64,000 nt of DNA from positions 62,001 through 126,000 of the forward strand of contig RBZT01000435.1 of NCBI GenBank assembly GCA_003693705.1, in the 5' to 3' direction. The position numbers and the translations under genes were made by a program. Within the stretch, counting starts at the first letter, position 1. Every line of letters begins with the position of its first letter. The notes beneath the pieces are model-generated. The model was not told the origin of the DNA and searched no databases. It saw nothing but the letters and a program-made list of their open reading frames with translations. This document shows positions 1 through 10,873 of this stretch, in pieces. Origin of the DNA: Polymyxa betae A26-41 (lineage: Eukaryota > Protista > Endomyxa: Phytomyxea).

Positions 1-1126
1 CATATCAGGCAAACTGAATGCTGTCAACTTGTACGTTGAAAACCGTTTTGCAAAACGATTTTCCTGATTTCGGATCAGTGCGCGAAAATCAAAAATATGT
101 GCTCGACATGTTTATTGGATTTGGAATTTCGACTGCCTGCTCATATAAGGGACGCTGTCTTAGAGCCTGATGAAGTTATGCGAGTTCCGACTAATCAGGC
201 TAACCGAGAGTAATCCGATTAGGATTTTCTAAACATACCATTGACTGATTTTTGATAGATTTCTCTATGAGCAGCATGAAAAACTAATCGCCAGCGCAGG
301 CAAAGATGCTTCTGATCATATGCTAGCTCTGCCTTATGGGAAATCTAACCCTGCTTCTATATTGGAGCGCCTGGAATCACGGAAACCCTACAACAGAAAA
401 CGAGACCTTCAGAATATTTGTAAAGTAATTGCTTTGCAGCTTCCTTGCCATCATGAAGTAATTTCATGTCTAGGATTATATGAAGGGTACATGCCCTCGA
501 GGATCTAACTGCCCTTATCGGCACGAGACGCCTTTAAGTCATAAAACTTCCGACCAAGTTCTCGTCGAAAGGTTTCGCATTGAAAACACTCCAAGAACGT
601 ATACGCCAGATGGCTTACCTCCGCCACCTCCAGTAGATCCAACAATCACAACGCTTTTCGTTGGTGGCAACGACAACTCTATCGACGACAACGATCTCGT
701 CGACCATTTCTCTCAGTTTGGGCATGTCGCTAGTGTCCGAGCTATTCCTGCCAAGGCCTGCGCCTTTGTCGAATTCATGGATCGCTCCGGTGCTGAGAAC
801 GCGGTTATGAAGAATTGGGAGAAATGTGTGATCAGGGGAATACCTCTAAGGATCGCTTGGGCTCGTCCTCGAGGTATTGTTTTTGTTGGTCGCTTTTGAG
901 GAATTGATATTGGGTTTAAGTCATTCGCCCGGAAGCCTTAATGGCCCAGGAAGCGCAAGCTGCAACTGAATCTCAGAAGCCACTGCCTGATGCGACAAAG
1001 TTTATGAAGATTCCTCCCCCTCCAGCTCCTGCTGCCCATATCCTGCCTCCCCCAGGGATGTACCCTGGCAAGCGAAAATTGTATCCATCACAAGATCCCA
1101 AAGCTGGCGCAGCGAAGATGTTTTAA
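1..1126 (+). CDS. RBM22: Pre-mRNA splicing factor RBM22/Slt11/Ecm2 (5' truncated, spliced)
   Basis: Exons give CAKIKNMCSTCLLDLEFRLP, a CCCH finger (CK..GTCPRGSNCPYRHE), PPPPVDPTITTLFVGG and an RRM (CAFVEF...IAWARP); GT-AG introns join the ORF fragments. Confidence 0.88.
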
Positions 1127-1203
1127 GACGCTGCCTTTTAGAACTATATTTAACTAGATGTCATTTGTTGAATTATACAGCTGCCGTTCTGGTTGATCTA
1201 CAT

Positions 1204-1961
1204 TTATTTCTTCACGCTCCACATGGAGAATGTGGCAGGTTTCTTGTTAACACTTAAGCCTTCTGGCTCGATTTGAATGGAGGCTAAATTATCATCTTGC
1301 CTTGCCAATATATCATCGGAAACAATTTCTTGTTTACGTTGAACAGATGGTGATCGGGTCGAATTGTCATCAATCAAGGATGTTCTGTCTTTTCTTTTGC
1401 GTTTCCTCTCAGGACGTTCCAAAACAAGCTGCTGATCAGAAAGCAGTTCTGAGAGAATTGCTGGCCGAGGTCCAAGTCTGGGTAAAGTATCGTGTTTGTC
1501 AATGACTTCATTTACTGGCTTTTGCGGTATGAAACGTTCCCACTGCGATTTAGCATCAGTAGTGGATTTTAATGGATCAATTTCTTCCTACAAAGTTCTT
1601 CATCAATGATCTTTGAGAATCATGTACGCCAATCCAGCATTACCCAGAAACTACTGCCATCTTCCAAAGGTTCTTCGGCAGCAACACTTTCAGCTTCAGC
1701 AATTTTATGCTCGTTCTCCTGCATTCCGGCTTTCATATTTAATTCCTGAACGACTGCACTCAAATGACATCAGAAGTCAAACGCGAACTGGGTGTTGAAA
1801 GAACCTGGACGAAGAGCACTCGCTGATGACGACCTTGAATACACTTTTCTCACTGATTGCTTCGTACAGCATAATACGCAAGCGAACTTGCTGTCTTTGC
1901 GAGCCTGCTTGATCTGGAACTGTTTACATTCGACACAGCGAGCAATAATAAATTCTGGCAT
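1204..1961 (-). CDS. MRNIP: MRN complex-interacting protein (MRNIP/C5orf45-like), spliced
   Basis: N-terminus MPEFIIARCVECKQFQIKQARKDSKFACVLCCTKQSVRKVY matches the MRNIP zinc-ribbon pattern (CxxCxxFQ...CxxCxxKQS); low-complexity C-terminus. Internal exon boundaries are approximate. Confidence 0.7.
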
Positions 1962-2161
1962 TGGGGCACTGCGCTTTGATGACGAATGATATACAGAGGC
2001 AAGCCAGCAAGACTGACGCAAATTTGTAAGACGATTTATTTGTCACTTTTTCGAGCCCATCGTCGACGAGTTGGAGAGGAAACTTCTCATTTTGAAGTCG
2101 CGCAACTATCCAAAATTCATCTTTGCGGTATTCACGCGCCAATCTTCGAGGCGTCGGCGAG

Positions 2162-5100
2162 ATGTCTCATCCAGGTTCGGACCCAGCGCCTTCTTCATAC
2201 AGAAGTTCGCTCAACGATGTATTGTGACACGGATGCTATCGGTTGTGCAGGGTTTTTTGAGAATCACTGTAGTTCGAGGAGTTGGATAGCGATGCGATTT
2301 TCGAAAAATGGGCCAGGCCTGCAGTTCCAAGCACTTTCATTGCAGAAAACGAGAATTTAGGTATGGCATTGTCATATCGCTTCATTATTCCCTGAATCGT
2401 TGTAGACATTCAAGTGGTCGATATATCGTCAAGCTCAGGAACGATTCCGAGCGGGCTTAAGCATCATTATCCTTCGCTCGCCATAAATCCTATCGTTCGA
2501 TTATTTGGTGTGACGAAAAATGGCAATTCAGTACTTGTGCACTGCCATGGGTTCTATCCATATCTGTATATTCAAGCTTGGCCTGTTTTTACTCATTCTG
2601 ATATCAACCCCTTCATGGTTACTCTTAATGTCAGCGAAATGTTTTCGGGCCTGGAATCCTCTCAGATTGATCACACAGAATGCACTCTCTCACACCCACG
2701 CTTCTGTACTTAATGTTGAATTGGTCGCCAAGAAATCAATCTGGGGATACTCTGTGAACCAAGACCTTGTACGATTCTGCTGGAATTCGTATTGCCCCGT
2801 TAACTCCTGTTCAGGACAATTTCCTCCGAATCACAGCTGGTTCACCAACGCATCTGTCAGCTATCAGAAAGGTGTTAGAGGATGGCCTTCAGTATAACAA
2901 TAGGGCTGTGCCGTCTACTACATACGAATCCACTCTGGGTTTCGATCTTAGGTTGAATATTTTGCTTTTTTAATTTGATACTGTCTTGACACCTGCAAAG
3001 GTTCATGATTGACAACAGCATTGTTGGTGGGGGTTGGGTTCGAATTCCCTCGAATAAGTATCACCAATCTCAGGTATTTCAAGTAGCTGCTGAATATCTG
3101 GATTGGTGATTTGTGTAGGAGAAAGTATCGGGCTGTCAATTAGAGTTAGTTTGTGATTATTCGAGCCTGGAAGCCCTTCCTATGAACGACCCTGAATGGC
3201 TCGCATTAGCCCCATTGCGGGTTATGTCGTTCGATATCGAGTGTGCTGGCCGGAAAGATGTATTTCCCGATCCCGACATCGACCCCGTTATTCAAATCGC
3301 TACGATTGTTAAAGTCAGACCTCCTTTAATGTCTTGTCGTAAGAGCTTTTAAAACTAAAACGGCTCTAGGTTCACGGTCAAGAAACTCCTATGGTCAACA
3401 CCGTCTTCACCTTGGGCAGCTGCTCTCCAATTGCCGGCGCTACTGTAATCGAGTTCAAGACTGAAGAAAAGATGCTCGAAGCCTGGCAGGTAACAATACC
3501 CATAGGCGTCTCTTCTTGATCGTTTCTCAATCTCTGTTTTCAGAAAATGGTGCAAAAAGTCGACCCAGATGTCTTCGTCGGGTAATCGTTTCCGGACTGG
3601 TGAAAATTTCCTGTCGGCTGAATTTGCCTGCAGATACAACATTGTTAATTTCGATTTTCCGTATCTGCTAAACCGGGCTGCTTTTCTGAAACGGCGATCG
3701 TTCCCTTTTCTTTCACGGTTGACAAATCTCGAAACAAAAGTCAAAGATTCGACGTTCTCTTCAAAAGCATATGGCACAAGGGAATCCAAAGATATGAACA
3801 TCGACGGTCGCATCCAGTCTGTTTCTGTTTAATTTGCAGCTTTAGTCCGCGTAACTGTTTGGCAGGTTTGATTTATATCAAATAGTCCAGCGTGAGTATA
3901 AACTCAGCAGCTATACATTGAATGCCGTTTGTGCACATTTCCTGAAACAGCAAAAAGAGGATGTACACCACTCCATCATTACCGATCTTTTCAACGGTTT
4001 GCGATTCTGCTTTCATCACCAATAGCGATCTTATTGGTTTGGACAGGTTCAAATGAAACTCGGCGTCGTCTGGCTGTGTACTGTTTGAAAGATGCCCTGC
4101 TACCGCTGACCTTATGTGATACATTGCTGCTTCTCATCAATTATATTGAGATGGCTCGTGTCACTGGCGTCCCTATCTCGTTTCTTCTAACGCGGGGACA
4201 ACAAATTAAAGTTGTATCGCAGCTGCACCGACATGTATCTGGTTTCGTATTCGCTTTAATCAATTCTAATCACGACTTCAGGCTCGTCGTTATAATTACG
4301 TCATTCCAAACCGGCCTCGAGTAGAGGGCGATGCTACTTATGAAGGTGCCACTGTTCTTGAGGTGCGAACTGGGCTTTTATGCTCCTAAACTGACTCTGA
4401 TATTCCTGATTAGCCTCGTAAAGGATTCTACAGGCAACCGATAGCGACTCTGGACTTTAGTTCTCTGTATCCAAGTATCATGATCGCCCATAACTTCTGC
4501 TATTCGACTTTAGTAGCTTCTTCGCTAGTCTCTTCTTTGGATCCTGATACTTATGTTCGCACGCCGACTGGAGATGTTTTCATCAAATCCTCCGGTTAGA
4601 AATATAGTGTCGTTCTAGATTGCAACTTAGATTGTTTCTTAGTCAAACTTGGACTGCTTCCTGAAATTTTGAAGGATTTGCTCTCAGCCAGAAGTCGAGC
4701 TAAGAAAGACATGGCTACCGCTACTGATCCGTTGCTTAAGCAGGTATCTCTCGTATTAACAGTAATTATAGAACATTATGTCTAATGTTTTCAGGTTTTA
4801 AACGGTCGACAGCTTGCCTTAAAAATTTCAGCGAATTCGGTTTATGGTTTCACTGGGGCTGTCGCCGGTTCACTGCCGTGCTTGGAGATATCGTCGTCTG
4901 TCACTGCCTTCGGTCGAGAGATGATTGAAAAAACGAAGGTGAATTTGCATATGTTCTTTTGGGTTTTCTAAAATCGTTTAGACTGTCGTCGAAGAAAAAT
5001 TTACAATCGAGAACAATTATCCACATAATGCTGAAGTAGTTTATGGTGATACCGATTCAGGTCAGCAAATTTCTCGCTCATCTTTTTCGTAGCTTAAAAA

Positions 5101-6541
5101 GCTTCAGTTTTTGTGCGATTTGGCGTTGAGACCGTTGCCGAGGCGATGGAACTTGGCAAAGAAGCCGCTAGCATCGTATCCCAAGTCTTTCAGAAGCCAA
5201 TATCTTTGGAATTTGAAAAAGTATGTCGCCTAAATTGTTGAAAAGTTTGTTGAATTAATCATTGATGCCAGGTATATTATCCGTTCTTGTTGATGAACAA
5301 GAAAAGATACGCCGGGCTTTACTGGACTAATCCCGATAAATACAGTAAAATGGATGTCAAGGGGATGGAAACTGTTCGCCGAGATAACTGTCCAATGGTC
5401 CAAACAGTCATCTCAACCTGCCTGAAAAAGATCCTAATTAATAGCGATACTGACGGTTGGCATCCAAATTTGAATGTACATTCAGCAGCCTAATTAAGTT
5501 TCCAGGAGCAATTGCGTATGCTAAGCAGATTATTAGTGATCTTTTAACGAACAATATCGATATGAGTCAATTGGTATTCCCTTAAACGGAATACTGTTGG
5601 GAATTCTCACATATTTAACAGGTATTGACGAAACAACTTGGGAAAGATCCAATGAAGGAGGGAGGATATGCTGCGAAACAGGTTCATTCTTGCTTATCTA
5701 AACGCTCGTTCTTTCTTGGCATTAATCCCCGTGAAAGGCCCATGTGGAATTGGCTCGCCGTATGCATCAGCGTGATCCAACATCTGCTCCTCATGTTGGA
5801 GACCGTGTAGCTTATGTCATAATCAAAGGCTCCAAAAGTGGGATAACTTCATTAACCCGTGCGCCATTATTGACATTCGAGATAGATGCCAAAGCCCATG
5901 AAAAGGCGGAAGATCCAATATACGTGCTTGAGCATGGCATCCCTATTGATACACAGCACTATTTGGAACATCAACTGAAATTGCCATTGGAAAGGTTGTT
6001 CGAACCTATTATCAGCAATGTCGACAAACTCCTTGTTGGTACGAATCATGATTTTGACCTGCAGTTTGATGCTGAGATTTTGTTCAGGCGATCATACGCG
6101 TTCTATCAAGATATCGACGCCTTCAGCTGCACTTGGCGGGATGATGAAATTCGCCGTTGTTCGTGAAACTTGTATGGGTTGCAAGACGCCGCTTTCCAAA
6201 AACGGTCCGTTTTCAGTTTATTCCTGAGAATCGCATTCTTATTTTGTTTCCAGAGAGTGTCACCTGTAGACACTGCAAGCCAATGCTACCTGACCTTCTC
6301 GAAGCTCAGATTCAGTCATGTCGAGCAACAGAGCAGGCCTTCGCCAAACTGTGGACCCAATGTCAGAGATGTCAAGGATCAGTACATCAGGAGGTTATAC
6401 AGACCGATTGATTCTCTTCAGCGTTCTTAGCTCTGTCAGGTGTTATGTTCCTCTCGTGATTGTCCGATCTTTTACCGCCGAAGAAAAGTACAAAAGGATC
6501 TGGCCGATATTAGGGCAACACTAGAAAGGTTCGATTTTTAA
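2162..6541 (+). CDS. POLD1: DNA polymerase delta catalytic subunit (many introns)
   Basis: [10 protein letters not shown] (ExoI), [61 protein letters not shown], and C-terminal CysA/CysB (CMGC...CRHC; CQRCQGS...[10 protein letters not shown]). Start inferred from the exon chain MSHPGSD|FEELD..WARP. Confidence 0.97.
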
Positions 6542-6577
6542 AAATTGATCTGATTAAACGGCATAATCCACATTGTT

Positions 6578-7712
6578 TTATTGACAATCGGCTTTCTTTC
6601 CGGGAAGCTGTTCGCGACGCCAAACCCAATATTTCGCACGAATCGTATCGACTTTTGTTTCTAATAAGTTCGACAACTGGCAACAGGATGTTAAAACGTT
6701 GTTCAATAAGCCGAGAGTCCATACCTCGATGGTTCTATCGATTCGTTCAGGTAAGTAAGCTGCTTCATACAACTCGAACAAGGTTGCAGCCGCGAATCTG
6801 CACTTTGGGTTCGCCTCTAGAATAGATTTCGTCCAAACAGTAACCTGATATTCATTGAATGAAATACATCCAGCAGCACAGAATGATATTACAGGATCAA
6901 CGGCAGCCTTTCTGAAATCGACTTTTTCCAGAATGCCGAAGATGTAATTCCAAGGGCTCTCATTGTTGACAACTTTCTCCAAATGCTTCATGGCGAACTC
7001 GACCTCTCTCTGCACGATGGTCTCATCATCCCATACCGGAATGCTGTTATTTCTGGTCACAGCGAACCATCTCTGGTTCCATGCCGAGTTGTTGTATGGA
7101 TCTTGAACTAGCAGTTCTTCTATATATTCAAGTTCTCCCTCCCAGAGATTGAATTCTTCAATAACCCATTGACGATGGCCCCAGGCGTGATAGTTCTTCG
7201 GGTCTTCTGCAAAAACCTTTCCTCATCGAATAAACAAGCTGCCTGCATTTTGACAGCGAGACAGTTACCTCTGCTGTATGAGAGAGCTCTCTTGATGGGT
7301 CTCGGAGGCGTTTAACTGACTCTCGCCTATGACACCAAAGCTGGTAGTTTTTCGAGGAGCTTTCTGCAATCGAATTGCAAAGCTTCAGCTCGGCAAGCCA
7401 ATCGCCGCCAAGGGCGTCGATAGTCTGGCGACGAAATTGCCACGCCGTATAATTAGCAGAATTGATTCGAATGATATGCTCCGATAGCAGCAGCGATCGC
7501 TGGCTGAACTCCTTCGCCTTCAATACAGCTCGGAATATGTCCATGGCCGCCACGACTACGACAATCTCTTCAGTCAAGGCTCTTGCCTCGATCAACCAAC
7601 ACCTACAATCGGCTGGATACTGGATGGCGACGACCGGCTCGGGTCCATCGTCCTGTGGTATCGGAGTCAAATCCGAGAACAGATCGCGAATGTGATCGAT
7701 CTGTAGCGACAT
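6578..7712 (-). CDS. FNTA: Protein farnesyltransferase/geranylgeranyltransferase-I alpha subunit
   Basis: PIPQDDGPEPVVAIQY, NYTAWQFRR, KNYQLWCHRR, KNYHAWGHRQW, NNSAWNQRW, NESPWNY (PPTA repeats) and DTIRAKYW. Confidence 0.95.
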
Positions 7713-7826
7713 TCTGCTATGAACCTATCACGCAGCGCCTTTTTCGCGATTTCATCTTACAGAAGGCATCATCATTAAGCAAAAGGAGCATTTTATACGA
7801 TAAAATAAATATTAAATAAGGAGAGG

Positions 7827-8573
7827 TTAGACGGTTTGGAAAGCGTATGGAAAAACGGATTCCATCATGATGAGAAAATCGGCAAGATTCGCGCTGCCGT
7901 TTCGATCGCCACGACGATCCGCTTCTCGTAGCATCTCGATGGCGTCCTGGTCGGTAAGAGGATCGCCGCCAAGTTCGGCCATGGCGGTCTGCAGGTCTTT
8001 TCGGGTCAGGATCCCTTTCAAATCGCAGTCCAGCAGACAGAATGCTTTTTGCAGCTGCTCTAGCGTGATATTATCTCCATCAACTTTTTTGGATTTTCTC
8101 GATGTCGGTTTCCTTTTTTTCGGAGCCTTTTTTGGAGGCTGAGCTGGTTCGCCTCTATCATCAACAAGTATGGGTTCCGGCTTTGGTTCTGTTTTCGCAG
8201 AACTGTTTCGTGTTCTATTTGGTTTCGATCTTTTGGGTTGCTTTCTGATCGCAGAATCACTTTCAAAATCATTGTCGGCTGGGATCTCGGTACGATTTTC
8301 GATGGGGATGGGTTCCCGCTTTGGTTCTGTATCAACAGCAGGTTTTCTCTTTCTATTCCGATTCGATTTCTTTGTTCGCCTTCTGATCGCAGAATCACTT
8401 TCAAAATCGCTATCCGGTGGGCTGCCGATACTGTCCTGGTCGCAATCGGGTTCTTGATAATCGCTTTCTTCATTGTCAGAGCCCGCTTTCGATTTTTGTT
8501 TTTTGAGTTTGACAGGATTCGGTTTCAACAGTTCAGCATTACGCCCATGTCGTGCTCGCAATCGCGACAGCAT
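7827..8573 (-). CDS. Lys/Arg-rich protein with a C-terminal centrin/calmodulin-like EF-hand pair
   Basis: Intronless 248-aa ORF; LQKAFCLLDCDLKGILTRKDLQTAMAELGGDPLTDQDAIEMLREAD..GSANLADFLIMM resembles the C-lobe of centrin; basic NLS-like N-terminal region. Confidence 0.75.
   Translation of the reverse strand: MLSRLRARHGRNAELLKPNPVKLKKQKSKAGSDNEESDYQEPDCDQDSIGSPPDSDFESDSAIRRRTKKSNRNRKRKPAVDTEPKREPIPIENRTEIPADNDFESDSAIRKQPKRSKPNRTRNSSAKTEPKPEPILVDDRGEPAQPPKKAPKKRKPTSRKSKKVDGDNITLEQLQKAFCLLDCDLKGILTRKDLQTAMAELGGDPLTDQDAIEMLREADRRGDRNGSANLADFLIMMESVFPYAFQTV
8141..8414. repeat. Diverged in-frame tandem duplication, 138-bp (46-aa) period
   Basis: ttctgatcgcagaatcactttcaaaatc occurs at 8243 and 8381; the protein repeats DFESDSAIR...TEPK.EPI. 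Confidence 0.85.
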
Positions 8574-8716
8574 TCAGTTGCTTTTGAGGATTTTTCACGA
8601 CATTTTTCAGGAAACAGCGAGGCGCGGCCTTCATGGTCTCCGAATAATATCCGAAAAAAATGTCACAATTTTTTTTTTAGCTTGCTGTGAGTGTCTCTTG
8701 TCATTCGATTTCCCTC

Positions 8717-8979
8717 ATGTCAAGCGCTTACAAGGCTGTCGTTCCCGGGAAACTGAAATTAAAGAAATCTGTATGATGTTTGATTTGTTAAATCTCCAAG
8801 AGCTGACTTAATAATAGGACTCGGGCCCAACAAAATCAATCAAGAAACACAAGAAGAAGAAGGATCCTGTAGACTCGAGCGACAATACTGTTGAAAAAGA
8901 TAAAGTCGCTACTATTGAGAAGACAACCAACGCTGTCGACCAGCGTGAGAAGAAGAAAAGCGATAGATACTGCAAATAA
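8717..8979 (+). CDS. 71-aa FRG1-like mini-protein (2 exons: 8717-8770, 8818-8979)
   Basis: Splicing at gtatga...aatag gives MSSAYKAVVPGKLKLKKSDSGPTKSIKKHKKKK...DQREKKKSDRYCK*; the KxDRYCK terminus is the FRG1 C-terminal signature. Confidence 0.75.
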
Positions 8980-9073
8980 TTTTAACCAATATATATTATG
9001 CATGTTTGATATGCATCCGCTCTGCAATAAACAAGGTATAAACCAGATCAACATATCTTGTCCGATTCGTTCC

Positions 9074-10812
9074 TTAATCGTTTGCTTTGTGATAGATCTT
9101 TCGCTTTTTACTCTCTGTCGTCTGCGGCTCTTGAGATGACTCAAACTGGGTCATCGATTTTGATTGGTGTTTTGGCTGTTCGTCGACCAACTCAACGGTG
9201 GCATTGGCCCGATCCTCAGGCTCAACCCAGACGATGCCCAAATGTTTAAATATATCTTTCTCAGTTGGACATGGCAGCGATGGGCCCAGAATCTGTTTCC
9301 CTTCTGGACCGCGACTTACTGGCTCCAGCCCATGATCGCTCAGCGAATATCCCTAAAAGCAGTTCACAGAAAGTTCGCGTCAATTGCAGAATACTGTACC
9401 ATATGTCTGGCGTGCAATCTCATCTTGCGAACAAATTGGGAATCACCGGTAAAGTATGCCAATGCGAATGGCATCATCTCTTCTGGGTAGATCTTGATAT
9501 CAATCCGACGATGTAAAGAATCAGGTGTTAGCTGGGCGATGCCCATGTAAGAATAATGGTCCTCTTCGCCTTTGTGCGGCGATGGTAATGCCAAATGGTC
9601 GGTCAAGAAACCGGTCGCGGTCAAATCTGAAATGAGTCTCGACAGGATCTCGTATCTGTGCTTGCTGTCGGACTCGCCAGTCGGATTGATAATCATATCG
9701 ATATCGCCACACATGAGCTCACTACGCCGATATGAGCCACAAACTGTTAAAACAGTCTTCAGGAAGCGATTATGCAAAGTAGTCTCGACCACATCGGCCA
9801 ACTTTCGAACTTCTTCGCGGGGCATTTTTACTTGTAGCTCCTCGTGGACGCGAAGCGATTTTTGTACGGCTGATGGCAGCTGGGTTTGGATCTTGCGAAC
9901 ATCATCCAGAGTTCGACAACCTTTCTGGTAAAGCTCGTTGGCGAGTTTCTGACCAACGCCCCAGATTTGCATGAAGGCTGCGATAGCCCGAACCCTCTCG
10001 TCGCTTTCCAGATTGTCAAGCTTCTCGCTACCGCCGGTTCTTACAACTTCCTTGATTCGCGAGAGCAACTTCGTCCCGATACCTTTGCGGCCGCTCAGAA
10101 GACGGTCTACATCGGATTCCGTTCGTAAGGGTTCACGTAATGCTCGGACGATGTTCCGAGCTCGCTCGTATGCGATGCCTTCATAAACTAGAAAGCTCAA
10201 TAAGAAAATTGGAACCAGTTTCCTAAAAAATGACAATTTCCAAGCGCATTTTCAGCAGATGCAAGCTTATCCAAGACGTCAGTGACAATCGGGTTCAAAT
10301 CTTTCTTTGTCACAGAGGCAGGTTCATCCGGAGAACTGTCCCGAGGCGACAATGGCTCCGATGCTGGTGATGGAGTTGGCGATTCGGGCCGTTGTATGTC
10401 AAGAGCTTCAGGCGGTGGCGTCGGCGGCCGCCAGCGATGCCGTCCAGGGTCTGGAAGCTTCTTCTCCTTGAGAGCTTCGACAACCCATTCGGGTGTGTAG
10501 ATGTTGTTGGGGTCTGCCCCAATGATGTCCTTGGGCTGAACCTGGATACTCTGTATGATATGGCTGACTTCATTGCTGAGTGACTCGGCCACCTCACCAC
10601 CTGAACCATATCACTTTATAAATTCTCGAACAGCGCTTAAGATTCTCTCTACCATTCTTTATAATGTTTTTTGCTAGAAGCGCTCGGCGAGCCGTTGTGA
10701 AGTCTGGACCCGGCGTCGTCGACAGATAGAGTATTAGTCCAGAGAAGATGCCCTGGCCGTCCAGTTCTGGTGGCGTCGACCTTGGTCGAGCCCGACCCCG
10801 TCTTGACCCCAT
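9074..10812 (-). CDS. POLL: Family X DNA polymerase with N-terminal BRCT (Pol lambda-like)
   Basis: BRCT (IFSGLILYL...NG|GEV...PEWVVEAL), Pro-rich linker, HhH GIGTK and IWGVG, GSYRR..CGDIDMI, HRRIDI, YFTG; last exon GYSLSDHGL...TEKDIFKHLG..VEPEDR. Confidence 0.9.
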
Positions 10813-10873
10813 TCCTAGCTGACGATGCGAAGATTCGTGGAGTTCATTTAATTAATGTCGGATTCACTTGGTT

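Noticed and set aside
2162-6541. Fragmented ORFs read as pseudogenes or an alternative genetic code
   Set aside because: In the junctions checked, interruptions are explained by short GT-AG introns that restore conserved motifs in frame.
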